Part shown: positions 1 through 13,015 of the stretch, one piece after another
Numbering within the stretch: the stretch's first letter is position 1
Layout of the letters: every line of letters begins with the position of its first letter
Source: Vicugna vicugna
Lineage: Eukaryota
Length of the DNA: 64,000 bases
Reading direction: 5' to 3'
Assembly (NCBI GenBank): GCA_013265495.1
Contig: MU058384.1
Coordinates: 5,886,792 to 5,950,791, forward strand
The notes under the pieces: generated by a model
Database searches by the model: none
Seen by the model: the letters and a program-made list of their open reading frames with translations, nothing else
What the model was told of the DNA's origin: nothing
Program-made: the position numbers and the translations under genes

Positions 1-419
1 TTACTAAATACTTGTATTTATCCTATGTGAACTGCCTCACCTCCTTTGCCCACTTTCCCTCTGAGATGTCTCACTGACTTCTAAGCACTCATATATGTGG
101 AGGAGAAGCAGCCTGCTGCCTGACTGTGCTATTCCTTCTGCTAGAAATGATCAGCCCCCACTTCTACACCTGGTTCACTCCCACTTGTTCTCCAGCTTGG
201 CACCACCCTCCTTCAACCAGTTCTCAAACGATGAAATGGAAACCGAAGCATCAGGCCCCATCCAGGGGGTGCGGATTCAGCAGGGACCAAGACCCGCAGA
301 GGGAAAACAGGAGCCCTCAGCCCCAAGGGGAGTTAAGAGTGAAGATTCAGATGTGAGGTGAAGTGGGCGGCCTGGCCAGAGCGGCACCAGATCCGGCTGG
401 AGACGAAGGGAGGTTCAAC

Positions 420-960
420 CATGCCTTCCAGGACATGTGGAGGATTTTCATGTGCTCCCCAAGAGCAGCGGTGGGCCAAAGAGAAGCCAGATGTGACATA
501 ATGTATGTGCCTTTAGTGAAAATTGATCACTGCCACTTCTGGAACAGGAGCGTGGACTGCAAGGTAAGAGGGGCAGAAAACTCAGTCGGGGTCCTGTGCA
601 GCAGTCCTGGGGAGAGGTGACGGCAGCGGGGCCGGGTGGATGAGGATGGAAAGAAGCAGACAGAAGAGAGGATTTTTAGGAGACACACCGAACAGAGCTT
701 TGGGACTGATAAGGGGACAGGGAAAGGGAGATGGAGGATGACTCAAGCCCATGGCCTAAGGTACTATTTACTGAGACAGGGACACTGGAGGGAGAGCAGG
801 CCTGTCAGAGTGTGGCGTGGGGGTGGGGAGAGGGCTTCAGTTTTGGGCACGCTGAACTGAAAGAACCTGCGAGACATCCAAGAGGAGACACAGGGCAGGC
901 CATCAGATAGAGTCCACTCCTCAGGACAGGCCTCAGTCTAGATCAGAGGTGAAAATGTGG
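420..960 (-). mobile_element. LINE-2 fragment
   Basis: Purine-rich sequence with L2 words (TTCAGTTTTGGGCAC, GAGACATCCAAG). Confidence 0.55.
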
Positions 961-1334
961 GAACTCTCGTACAGAAGGTAATTAAAACCACGATGGGTAA
1001 AATAAGAAATCACAGGAACTAAGACATCTGCTCTCCAAGGCTGAGCCAGAGCCTCCATTGCCCCGATGAACACTCCCGACCACGCGGTCGAGCGCACCGC
1101 CAAAGGCCTCCCCCTTCCCCGCCCCCGGCACAGCCACTTTGTATTTATGTATGTCTCCCTGGAAGACAATAAACACCTCAGACGCAGGATCGGATCTTAC
1201 TCATTTTTGTACCCAAGTCTCGGCATGGTTCCCAAGGCATGAAACACATTCAATAAAATGTCTGTGCGAGCTTAACTGTTAGCTTGAAATTATTAAAAAG
1301 CAGTATCTACACACAAGCACACACACACATACAA

Positions 1335-1560
1335 ATTTACGAGCTCAGGCTCCGGAGCAGATTGCTTGGATTACATCCAGACTCTAACCCTAACCGGTCA
1401 TGTGACCTGGGGCAAGTTATTCAACGCCTTTGGGCCTCAATGTGCACGGCTGTAAAGCAAGGTAAGGCCCATAACAGCATCTACCATGGTGTTGGGCAAA
1501 CTAAAATTTCATGCAAAGCCCTTAGCACCGTGCTTGGACACGGTCAACATTCAGATTTGG
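1335..1560 (+). mobile_element. MIR SINE
   Basis: MIR core TGTGACCTGGGGCAAGTTATTCAAC..GCCTCA..CTGTAAA, and CTTAGCACCGTGCTTGG. Confidence 0.7.
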
Positions 1561-3169
1561 CCATTCTCATTGCTACTATTATTATCTCCTTCTTTCATCT
1601 TCCATGGATAGAGAAATGTTCAAAAATGGAAAGGATTTCCAGTTATTCCTTGCGGTCCTGGGCCTCCAGCTTTGTAACACAAAAACAGAACATGTTGCTT
1701 CAAGTCTAAAAGCAAGGGATAAAAATAAAGAATACAATTTTGAGGTATCTGGTAAATAAAATTATTTAAAAAACATCTAAATTCAACAGTGAATTTTTTA
1801 CAAATCTCCAATAATAACCAAACGATTACAAACCAATAAAAGGTAGTTGTTGATTGTGTGGGGTTTTTTTTTTGGGGGGGAGGCGGGAGGGTTGGATGGG
1901 AGGGATGCGCGTTGGGGAGAGACAGGGACAAGAAAGAATCTGACCAAGTCTACTGCAAATTACAAAACTGGTATTTTGCTGATTTTTATTTAGCTGGGTA
2001 CCTGCCAAAACAGGAAAGTCGAATATTAAGTTGCAACACAACTGCTTATCATGTTCTTTTATTTAAAGTGTAAATTTATCATGCTCTTTTCAAGCGTAAG
2101 GCTTCAGTTTTCCCCAGCAGCTCTTAAATGTGTCTGTATTTTCCCATATTATGAGCTATCATTTTAAGAACCACCAAGTTTATCTCTTTACAGAGAATCC
2201 TAATATTTGTTCTAAGTTACCCATCATGACTAACTACAACTTGTGAGGCTAGTTTAGCCATTAAGCTGGTGCTTATAATACAGCATAATTTTTAAAAGAT
2301 TATTATTTTCTTTGCAAGTATGAAAGTTAATTCATTGGATCACTACCAAACTGAATATACCCTCTTTCAGCTTGTGGGTGGTGTCGGGGTTGGCATGCAT
2401 AAAGTTCAAATTTCTCTGTACTCTGATTTTTATTTCAAGGGTGCGAATGCAGGGTTCAAACTTGAACTGCTAACTGCTTATCAAGAACTGAATCAAGAGA
2501 AAGCACTGCAAGGTGAACACACAATAGGTGGCATTTCCTATTTCGACAGATTTCCTTTTAACTGCTTTTATAGGTTTACCCTTCATATAAAATGTCTGCT
2601 CTTATGCAGACAACCTGCTTAAGGTCTAGGTCATGTTTAGCTGTCCTTTAAAAAGAAAAGAACATGAGATTATGAAATTAGCTACTTGGAAAATAGTGAA
2701 CAGAGTTCACTTTTCTAGTTAAAAAATAGTTTCTACTGCTTAGTAAAAAATGCAACATACTTAAATGAAAACAAATGGGACTGCACAGTGAATATTCTTT
2801 CCGCATGTAAGCACCATTAAGAATTTCTTGTTTTACTCAGAAATGGGCAGATCTTTCATTGATTGAGGGCTGTGTCACTCAAAAAAGACAAATATGTAGA
2901 ACTTGGCTACAGACAAGAAGAAAATCATACAATTTTTACAACTGGAAACTAAGGTCTGTGAAAAGGACTAAAGGATACTGATTTAAAATCAGCACAATAG
3001 TAAACTGAGTAACTGATAAAAAGGTACAAGTAAAAGAAAGTATTCTTACATAGAACACACAGCAAGAGCGATAAGGAAGTTTTCTGATCGGAACACTGGT
3101 TCTTAACTTAAGAAAAAGCCAAAACAAACAAAATCAAAGCTATAAGGAGGCATGAGCCCCAAAGATATT

Positions 3170-3250
3170 GATTAACTAATCTTTGTAGGGCCCTGATTTT
3201 AAAAACATTTCCAAGTTGGTTCTAATGCACAGTCAGTTGAGAACCACTGG
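3170..3250. mobile_element. MER5-like fragment
   Basis: GGTTCTAATGCACAG..TTGAGAACCACTG terminus. Confidence 0.55.
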
Positions 3251-3559
3251 GCTGAAACACCACAAAAGGTCATCAAAATAATGGAATTTCCCTCTCAGTA
3301 GCCCTTAAAATGGGTTATAGTCTCATATCAGGGCTGTTTATCATAGAGAAAGAACATCAAGATTTCTGCACTCTGTTTACCATGCATTGTTTCCTTAACT
3401 CGGATTCATGCATTAACCTGTCACAATCTGCCCCCCGCCTCTGCATGGCAGGAAATGTTGGAAATGAACGGCTCACTGCTGAATCCAGTGTCATGGCTGA
3501 CACCTCCTCCTACTGGACCTCTCCAGAGCACACAGCACTGGGAACCCGATTCTCAAAAT

Positions 3560-4880
3560 GCTTCCTCACCATCCCCTAACCTTGGCTTCTGAGGCTCCTT
3601 TCCCAGGTTCTCCTCCCATCTCAAATACTGCTCCGTCGGCCCCTTAAATCATCAAATTCTTCAGTGAAGTCCATGACGGCCCCTGAAAAGCTCAACAATT
3701 GGTTCCAAAGATGCAAAACCCCTTGAAATTGCAGAAACACAAATTTAGATGTGTACCTGAGAAGGCCCTTGTTTTCTGCATATTCTCAAGTGAGTTTAAG
3801 ATCCCGGAAGGTAATAAACCACTGCCCTGAATCCTTCTCTTCTTTAAGCTTTCCAGCTTCAACTGCTAATCGTAAATTCATGGTTCTGACTTCAATTCTG
3901 ACCTATCAGAGATCTGAATCCACTTCCTGTCCGTGAGGCATATTCATTCAATTAAACCAACACATCCACAATTCATAATTAATCCCCTCAGAAATACTTG
4001 CTGTCTCTAGATTCTTAATTTTAGTTAACAGAGCCACCACCCAACACTCACACATCTGAATCAGAAATTGCAGAATCATCCGTCATCCCTTCTTTTTCTC
4101 CTACACCCCAGTAACTTTTCATCTCGCTTCTTTTTTGTAGCCCAAGAGTCAGTGTTTTATTTGAGGCTTTCACATGTCACGACGGCTACAGCCTTCTAGT
4201 GGAACTCTGCTTGCAGTCTCCACAATTTAGCCCGTCTACCAAACAAGCTACCAGAACTGTCTTCCTCATTGTGTCACACCCCTGCTTAAGAAATCTCTCT
4301 TGGCTCTCTTACCCTGACAGCACAAAATCAACTTTTTTGGCTTGGAATGCAGTCAGTTTCATGTCTCCAAATTACCTTTTGTAACCTAAACTTCCACTTC
4401 CTCCACTTCCAACACACCTTAACAGTTGCAACTTTTCACCATTTCTCTTGCAATACCAGGCCCTTTCCTGACTTTCTATCTGCCTAGGATGCCCCTTCCC
4501 CACTCCTTCAACTAACAAACTCTCACTCTTAAGTGCATTCATTTAGTATGCAACTAACGTGAACGTACCACTGCAGCCAGACACTGGGAACCGGTTCAGA
4601 ATAAAACGACGGGGTAAGGAACCCTCATGGCAGTTGTATTCAGTGGAAGAAACAGACAACAAATTGACAAGCAATGAAAATAATTAGACAATGTGATATG
4701 TCTTACATTCCAGGAAATGAAATGACAAAAGAGAAACTTCAGAATCATCCAGGAAGGCTTCTTAACTTCTTGGAGATGGGAAATTATTTTTAAAATGAGA
4801 TCTTGAAGGACAAGGAGCCAGTCACAGGGAACACTGACAGAAGACACTCCCAAGCAGAGGGCACAGCAAATGTGAAGGTA
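3560..4880. mobile_element. LINE-2 fragments (both orientations)
   Basis: Pyrimidine-rich L2 body (CCCTGCTTAAG, CTGCCTAGGATGCC) and a reverse 3' end (CATTCATTTAG..CCAGACACTG). Confidence 0.5.
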
Positions 4881-7794
4881 CTGACTGTATTAAAACTGTC
4901 TACTGGATGGTAGGCACCATGCTCCTTGAAGAGAACTGTTTAATATAAACATGTGTCTTTACAATGTGGCTTAGTGGCAAGCAAATGGTCATCAACTCAA
5001 TCAACAGTTGCTGAATTAAATGAATAAGAACAACTGAAAGAATTGTGGGGTTCGGGAACAGTGGAAAGAGCAGACACCCTCCACCATAACAGCAAGACTC
5101 TTAGTAGCCCCAGCACACTCAAGTTCTCTAACGGCAACCTACTATCTCATTTCACTTTCTGATAAGTTCCACTCGGTGCTCCTGCACCTCACAAGTCATT
5201 ATTGGTCTTAGTTCAGACCCTCAAATCCTACAGGGCAACTGCGTTCCAGGTACTCTCACAAATACAGAAATGTAATACAATTCTGACGTAAGGAAAGAAT
5301 TATTTTAACTAAAACACACATACAAACCCTGAGCACTTTTGATATATATATTCCCTTCTTTTTGCCCTGAGTTACACTCTCCATTTCACCTGCAAGGGTC
5401 CTAACTCATCCATATCCTGAGTTCACTGCATGACAGCTGGTTACAGACTGGCTACCCTGTCATTGACTTTCAGCACATGAGCCATCTAGTGAACAGGGTT
5501 TAATAATAAAGCCATTATGCCTGTCTTTACAAAGTGAGAGTGAGCATATAACACAAGACAAATTAAGTCAAGGATACAGTTTGAGACATTTGAATCTCTT
5601 CCAATTTAACAGGCCCCAAACAAAAAAGCCTAGAAAGAGTTCATTAAAAGGCACACATTCTTAACATACACACAAATTAAACAATTATCCAAGTGGGTTT
5701 ACCCTATGCATTGAAGCAGAATTTTCAAGATTACTGGCCAGCAAAAGGTTTTCTCTAAACATTTACATTAGCAATGTGCTGCTGAGAAAATGATAAAAGT
5801 ATCTTTCATAGTTTCTTTTTTATCAGTTGTGAACTGTTGAGCCACATCATATCCTTTATCTCAGGTCCTCCCCCACCAACAAAAAAGAACGGAGAACTGA
5901 GTTAAGAAATCTGGGGCACCTCTGAGATGAGCACACCAAGCACAACACTTCCTGTGTTGAGGAAGGGCTGATGAATTGGTGACTGTACCTTCAACATGGC
6001 TGTGCCTCTTACAAGCATCCTAACTTGCCACTAGCAGAGATCCTGGGATGTGGTCAACCCATGAGCAATTCAGGGATGCTCACTACAAACTCACTAGTCT
6101 GCACATGCATACAAGCAACTGGAGACACCCAAGATGCTCACTGTAGCCACAGGCAGGTGAGAAAAAGGCTTTGTAGTTCAACAAAAGTATCTGGCAAATT
6201 GAAAAGAGTAGAGAGGTTCTTGTTCCACAAAAGCGTCAGGTTCATCATGAATCTTAGCAGAAGTTCAAACAGGGACAGGGCCTAAAAGTGTTAGCCATAG
6301 TCATAAGCCAAATGCCCATCTTCAGCTTTGCACTTCTGGGTTACACACTGGCTTTAGCCTCTTCAACACCCGTCCCTGAAAAAGGGTGGTGTGAAGAACA
6401 CCAGGGAAACACAAACAATGAGTTAGAATGAAGCATGCAGGTTTTATTCTGGACAATAGTATTGACAACCTAGAGACCAGTTTTCCTAAAAATCTCCCAA
6501 TGCAGTTCTCAGAATATCTAACATTAAGGATATACACATGTACATTTATATACATGAAACAGCCATGATCATTTCCTTGCTTATCTCAATAATATTTTAG
6601 ATCCAGAATCCACAATGGCTGCAGGAATTATGCTAACAATATTATATCAATACTACATCTACTCTAGCCAATGTAATTATTAGTTCTCAGTGAAATCAAC
6701 AGTAGCAACTACATGTCACTTTCTTTAAACAGGAAAACAAAAGCCACACCTCTAAATACAAGCATATCTGCCAACCTTCTTGGGTGGGGAAAGGAAGGTA
6801 AGCCAGCTAAAACAAATAAAGACAAAACAATATGGAAGGAGTTATAAAACTTTACCCTTGTACATATAAAGCAAAACATATTTTTAATAATGTTTTATAT
6901 AAACTTCTATATGTTTAATAAAAATATTATTTCAACTAAAAACAAAGACCTAGATATTAGCCAAAATAGGAAAGAATTTGTGATTTATGTACTTAAGCAG
7001 ATATATTTTATTTTCTAGTCAGCAGTTTCAAAGGAACATACAATTAAACTAAAACACTTGGACTTAACATTAAAAAGTTAGCCATTTCAATAGCAGCCTA
7101 AGAAACAAAGCTATGTAATTATCAGATTATTCCTTGATTAGACAGCCTCAGTATTTGGTGTGAGCTGTACCATAATCAAATAATTCTGCAACCTTGAATT
7201 ATTGGTGCAGAGCAGCAGATTCAGCTACCTCTAAAATTACGAGGACACTACTATGTAGAGCAGGTTTACAGTGACATAGAAAACTCAAGTTAAATGGCTT
7301 GACAATGACACCAATTAAGTTTCAAGTTTACCATCACCTAAGGTTATACAAGTAATAAATAGCGTCTTCTAAAAAAAGACTAATTCTGCTAAATGAAACC
7401 ATCAGGGGCTATTCCTTTTATTCAGAAGTACCATACAGCTAAACAAGCAGCCGAGTCCGCAGGGAAATAGCGTTTGAATAGCTGCAACATGGCGCCAGAG
7501 CAGGCTTTGTTGGCCTTCCTTTTCCAACGAACAGAGACGTCTCTTTTTACTGAGTCCATCTGCCATGATAACCAGATGCCCGTGTGACAATTCAGAATTA
7601 AAACAAAAAGTGCTTCCCCGCTCTCAAGACCTAACAGCAGAGTTGAGTCCAACAGTCAGTGATCACAAAGAATTTCAATGTTTTAACAGCCTCCAAATGA
7701 AGGAAACAAAGTATTCAAGTGGTCTAAGGGTTCACCTTTAATGTGCTACTTCATATCACTGCGATTAGCACCAGCTAGCAGTTTTGCTGCTAAC

Positions 7795-7996
7795 TCCGCA
7801 GAGCTTTGTTTCAAGTGCTTTATGCTTACTTCTCACAGCAACCCAATGAGGTGGTACTAATATTAACTCCATTCTGTAGATGAGGAAACTGGGGAATGAA
7901 GGCAGTGAAAAAACCTGCTCAAGGCCATAACCAGCTAGTAAGCAACAAAGCTACCATGCTCAACACAGGCAGCTTGTATCCAGAGTCCATGCTCTT
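7795..7996 (-). mobile_element. MIR SINE
   Basis: CCATTCTGTAGATGAGGAAACTG..GCTCAAGGCCA. Confidence 0.65.
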
Positions 7997-8148
7997 GTCT
8001 TTTTCTTTTTTTCTTTTTAAATTGTGTGTGTGTGTGTTTGCGGGTGGTAATTAGGGTTATTTATTTATTTTAATGGAGGTACTGGGGACTGAAGCCAGGA
8101 CGTCGTGTATGCTAAGCACACACTCTACCAATGAGCTGCATCCTCCCA
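7997..8148 (-). mobile_element. tRNA-derived SINE (camelid Vic-1-like) with 17-bp target-site duplication
   Basis: Degenerate A and B boxes on the minus strand and an A-rich tail. Perfect TSD CCAGAGTCCATGCTCTT at 7980-7996 and 8149-8165. Confidence 0.85.
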
Positions 8149-9939
8149 CCAGAGTCCATGCTCTTAAGTGCTACACTAACCTTAATCCCAAGAAAGCATA
8201 ACTGATTTTGATATGAAAATACTTGTAATTTATCAGGAAGAGAAAGGCTAATGCCTGATTCTTTGGAACCACTTAATTAATAAAGACAAATTTTGACTTC
8301 TTTCAAAATGTTGTGAGTTCTCAGTGAGTTAAAAAGCAAAAACATATCATGGACCAGCATCTATAGATAGATGTCTATAAAGGTAAATGCGACAGTAACA
8401 GGAGTCATCCATACATGTCCTGAGAAGACTGTCCTTAACACAACCCGATTTTCTGTCTTTCTTATTGGATGAATACTGCATGGACAGAGTCACCAGCCAA
8501 AGTTGTGTGCTGCATTTTTTGGGTGAAATTTTAAACAGTTTCATTACTGATTCCTTACAAGAAGGCTGATTTGAGCTTTCCCAGAATTGATCTTAGTGTG
8601 TTTTTTAACATTTAATGAGGTCCCTAGCAGCATTATTCCCATCACAAAACAAGCCATTTAAACCAAACCGTGAATTTTATCACCCTTTAGTCACAAGATC
8701 AGATCAGATGAGTACAATTTTTGATAGGACCTGACTCCTCTCCATGAATGACATACTTCTGGAGTCTTGCTTTTTCACTATACACACGCACACACTCCAT
8801 TTCTCTTCTAAAAGATGGATTGTGTCACAATACAGAAATCAAATTTGTCTAGAAGGCCTGAAAAGACCTCAGCTATGCATACACTCTTTCACCCTTTTGA
8901 AATTATCCAAAGTGGTAATTATGTGACAAGAACAGATACTGTATCTACTCAAGGCAGTAAACCATTTTTTTTTATTATTTGAATTGGTTTAAAAAAAAAA
9001 ACAAATGTAATCATGTTTGAGAAAACTTGCAGCCAGTAAAAAGTTAATTTTAGGCACCAAGAATTAGACTCCTAATTAGATTCGATGCCCAAAGGTTCCC
9101 CTTATCCACTAAATAAGTCCCTGAAGTGAAAGAAATTTTTTTTTAAAAAGATAAATATCCTTTCATGTTAATCTTCAAAATACACACACACACACACAAA
9201 CACACAGACAAACAAAACATGAATATACAGTATGATGGTGACTTACAGTATGGATGCTCAAGAAACTTCTAATTTAGCAGATATGATGAAATCCATACAC
9301 CAACAACTGTAGCACTATGCAGTGTGTAATAGCGGGTTTAAAATTCAAATTTGTTTGTCACATTTTGGTATCCATGTATGTCACTTTTCTGCTATCTACA
9401 AGTGCACAAAAAGCACCTGAAGAGAAATACCTTCCATCAGCTTTGCACACTTGCTGTGGCACCAGGCATATTAAAGGGGCAACAAATATGGGTGTAAATT
9501 TCAGGAAATCTTTATTTATTAATTCATAATAACAGCTAAACTTTCAAAGCATTACAGATTTTCGGCCATTATGGGAACATTCTACTCTCAATTCAAACTT
9601 AATTTTTCATAGCAATAATAAGTCATCACATGGTTTATGATGCAACAGAAGGAAATCAGTCACCAGGTAATTACAGGCCTCCTTCACCTAAAAACAGCAC
9701 TGACACCCACTCAACCAGATTATACAATACTTGCTAATTTTTAAATAATGTGCCACATCCATGATAAGAAATAATACTCTGGAAAAAATATTCAGCTGTG
9801 TATTTGGTATGTATCCATTCTACTTTATAGCAAATTCTGCACATTCTATATATGTATACATTGACAAAAAAATTTTATTTCAGAGTTTTCTACACACACA
9901 AAAAAAATTGTGGGACACACTTACATTGTTCCCTCTGGG

Positions 9940-10026
9940 GTGGGAGGCATAGCTCAGTGGAAGAGCGCATGCTTGGTATGCACGAGGTCCTGGGTTCAAT
10001 CCCCGCTGCCTCCATTAAAAAAAAAA
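9940..10026 (+). mobile_element. tRNA-derived SINE (Vic-1-like, short form)
   Basis: TAGCTCAGTGG (A box), GGTTCAATCCC (B box), then poly(A). Confidence 0.85.
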
Positions 10027-10503
10027 TTGTTCTAATTCGGCAAAATTTAATTTCAGTCAAATATTAAGATGCAAAATGATCAGAAAAGACAGGTGTTAAG
10101 AAAAGTGTTTTAGAGTAAGAATTATGAAAATTTAAGGTTCAATGAAAAACACACGGCAGTCTTACAATACTCTTTTAAAAAGTGACTACATCTCCAATTA
10201 CAGTATTACCACTTGGACTTCTAAAACATCTTTCACTTCAAAAAGTTGCAACATTTTTACACGCCTTACTTCAATACCGTCTTGAGCCTCCACATCAGGC
10301 ACACATCACTGCACAGCCAACAGTGATTCGGAATGAACACAGAACATCTGATACGACCTCGCCAGTTCTCCAAATAAAGGGTAGGGATACAGAGGGAAAA
10401 TGCAACAGACAAAGTAACATTAATAAAAAGGATACACAGGCCAAGGACGTATGTTGAAAAACTCCACAGAAACAGAAATAAAACAAATAACAGAAAAACA
10501 ACA

Positions 10504-10635
10504 TTTTAAACTTTATTGGGGAGGGGTAATTGGGTATTTATTTATTTATTTATTTATATGGATGTACTGGGGATTGAACCCAGGACCTCATACGTGTTAA
10601 GCACACACTCTACTACTGAGCTATACCCTCCCACC
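10504..10635 (-). mobile_element. tRNA-derived SINE (Vic-1-like)
   Basis: Reverse complement reads GGGAGGGTATAGCTCAGTAGTAGAG...GAGGTCCTGGGTTCAATCCCCAGTAC, followed by an (AAAT)n tail. Confidence 0.85.
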
Positions 10636-12692
10636 AAAAAGAGATCATTTTTGATTGGCATGTGATTAAGGAGAGGAACTAAGACAACACAAAACGTTGG
10701 GAGTGTTGGAGCAGAGAGCAGGGAAAACAGGGATTGTTAATAAAGGTGGAAATTAGGGCTGAAACACCCCCCCTCCCCCAAATATGGAAGGGATAAGGGA
10801 CAGAGGCAGCAGCAAATAAGATCTAGGTGACGTTGACTGTGATGGCAGCTTGGAGACTGAGGGAATTCACTAAGTCTCAGATGCACTATGAAAATCCTGG
10901 GACTCAACATCCAACAGCCTCAAATGTGGTCATGTTCCAGTATATCCTTCACAGAAGTACAGCTATATGAAAAGATTAACCAACAGTCCTTGATTCATTA
11001 ATCTAAAGATGACAATATCAGCTTTTTCTTCTTAAGAGGCTTAAAATGCAATTTTAAGTTTTCCAGTGTTTACACTTCCCATCTTTGTTAAAGGAAACTG
11101 TCCACCTCGTTGCACATATATGAAATTCCTTTAACAAGAGATGCTGAACCTTAATTTAGTGAGTCAAAAACTGTATTCTGGCTTCAGTCAACCAGTCAAG
11201 AGCACATAGCAGCAGATCGTTACAGTTTCTGAGACTGATTTTGAGGGCAAACTACGAAAAGAGGAGGCTGGGAACAAGGATGACACCTTTTTGTTTCAGA
11301 CAAGCCAGGGTTAGTGAAAAAGGTGAAGGACAAACAGAAACCGTGGTTGTCATAATTGATTCTGCAATTTATCAGCTTTATTTTCATCTTTAATCTTCAA
11401 CTTTATATAAGGAGCTTTTCCCCCACTGGACAGAAAATGGTGTTACTGTAGTATGTAATGTGGCCATTTCAGTACACCACAGGAAAACCTCATTTATTGT
11501 CCTGGAATGGTTTTGGAAAGCATAAAACCATTAAGCAGTTAGTGATGTAAAGCTTAAAGAGAGATCATAAACTGATGAGTATGTAACCGGACATATCAAC
11601 TGCAAATAATTCCTCAAACCGCACAGAGATAAAAGTCCTTTCTCAATGTGAATGAACTGCCATTTTCTCAAACTTTCAAAGAGACTGCAGATTATGTTAG
11701 AATAGCTGAACCTTCTCATATTTCCCTTTTTTCAATTTCCCCAGAGAATCTGTCATTATTTCTCCACACAAAAACCACACCAAGCTTTGTTTCCTTTTCT
11801 TTCCCTGAGCCAATTTTAAGGCACTGTTCTTGACCCTAAATTCACAAGCCCACGCTGGTTAACTGCCAGTGTCGCTTTGGAACTGCAGGTGACAGATGCA
11901 GTCAGAGAGCTCACAGATGTGGATTGGCTGCAGTCTGAATCCTATTACAATGAGCACACTGACAGAGCCCGCAGATGCACATCTCGGCAGAAGGAGAGAG
12001 TTTTAAAAATCGTCATTCCCAATTAAATCCACTTTTAGGGCTCTTACTGGCTATCACTCAGAGCATATCCCGACTCTCAATCCTCCTTAGCCCTCTCTAC
12101 AATTCATTTTATCTTTCTCAGTTCCTCATCCTTCTTCATCAAGCCTAATTTTTCTGCTACTAATAATAAAATAAGGCGAGGCTGTTGGCATTGCCAGAAC
12201 CAGGAACCGATGAAGGTGCTATTTGGGAGCATTCCAGCCGCGGCAGAGGCAGCTGGAAGTTTCCTGGGAAGCGACGGACCCCTAGCATCTCTGCACGATT
12301 TCTCTTCCCCTGGGTGAGGGCTCCATAGAGACAGATGGGCAATCTCCCTTCCGTCTTTCGCAGTGGTGGCTAACAGGAAAAATACAACACCTCTTTTCTT
12401 ATCCCACACCCCGCTGGATAACGCTCCCAGGCAGTGACGCCCCACCCCCACCCCGTTATCCCTGATGAGATCCCCAAATAACACCCTGTCCTCCCAAGAA
12501 CTGGACCCTCCCTCGGCCCCCGGACCGATTCCCCGCAGCTGAGCGCCTCTCCTCCAGGCATCCGCCCCCGCACACCCCGCCCGCAGCGCGGCCCCGGCTC
12601 CGCACACGCCCGCCCCGCGCCCAGACGCCCCGCACCCGGCACTCAGGCCGCCCGGCCGCCCGCGCTCCCCCTGCCCAGGGTCGCCGACGGGG

Positions 12693-12818
12693 TTACCGTG
12701 GGAAGAGCGGGCGGCGGCAGAGGACGCGGCGGCAGCGCTGCTGCCGGTTGCGGCGGACGCGAAGAATAAGCTGGAGGACAAGGATGATGATGAGGCGGGC
12801 TCGCTCCCCAGTCTCCAT
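12693..12818 (-). CDS. Upstream ORF in the TBPL1 leader, 41-aa candidate microprotein METGERARLIIILVLQLILRVRRNRQQRCRRVLCRRPLFPR
   Basis: Manually translated: ATG at 12818 (GTTCCATGG, G at +4), 40 open codons to the exon 1 donor, then CGG TAA if unspliced. Too short for the supplied ORF track. Confidence 0.6.
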   Translation of the reverse strand: METGERARLIIILVLQLILRVRRNRQQRCRRVLCRRPLFPR

Positions 12819-13015
12819 GGAACTCCCGCCCCGGCCCGTTGCTAGGAGCCCCCAAGGCCCGGGCTCCGTCTTTCGTGCTTTGTTGTTCCGGGTACAGGGC
12901 GGCCGCCGCTTCCCCGCGACAATAAATAGACAAGACGCGGGAGAGCATAGAGACGGCGTGCGGAGGCTAGAGCGCCGCCGGACAGGGCTCCTCTGGATTC
13001 CTCGCTAGCCACTCA
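12697..13015 (-). other. TBPL1: TBPL1 first (5'UTR) exon; 5' boundary approximate
   Basis: GC-rich leader ending in donor CCCACG|GTAACC at 12697/12696. Sequence 1-12696 then behaves as repeat-rich intron 1. Confidence 0.7.

Noticed and set aside
9940..10015. tRNA-Ala-like gene (also at 8.1, 10.6, 20.6 and 39.8 kb)
   Set aside because: Poly(A) tails, TSDs in several copies, degenerate stems and multiple dispersed copies show these are SINEs, not tRNA genes.
1..12100. TBPL1 coding exons
   Set aside because: No TBP-like peptide in any listed ORF and none spotted by eye. The region looks like intron 1, though very small alternative exons cannot be excluded.
12104..12781. 225-aa ORF in the TBPL1 CpG island
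   Set aside because: Non-ATG start, Ala/Gly/Arg low complexity, and it crosses the splice donor; typical stop-poor CpG-island frame. It is not TBPL1 protein.
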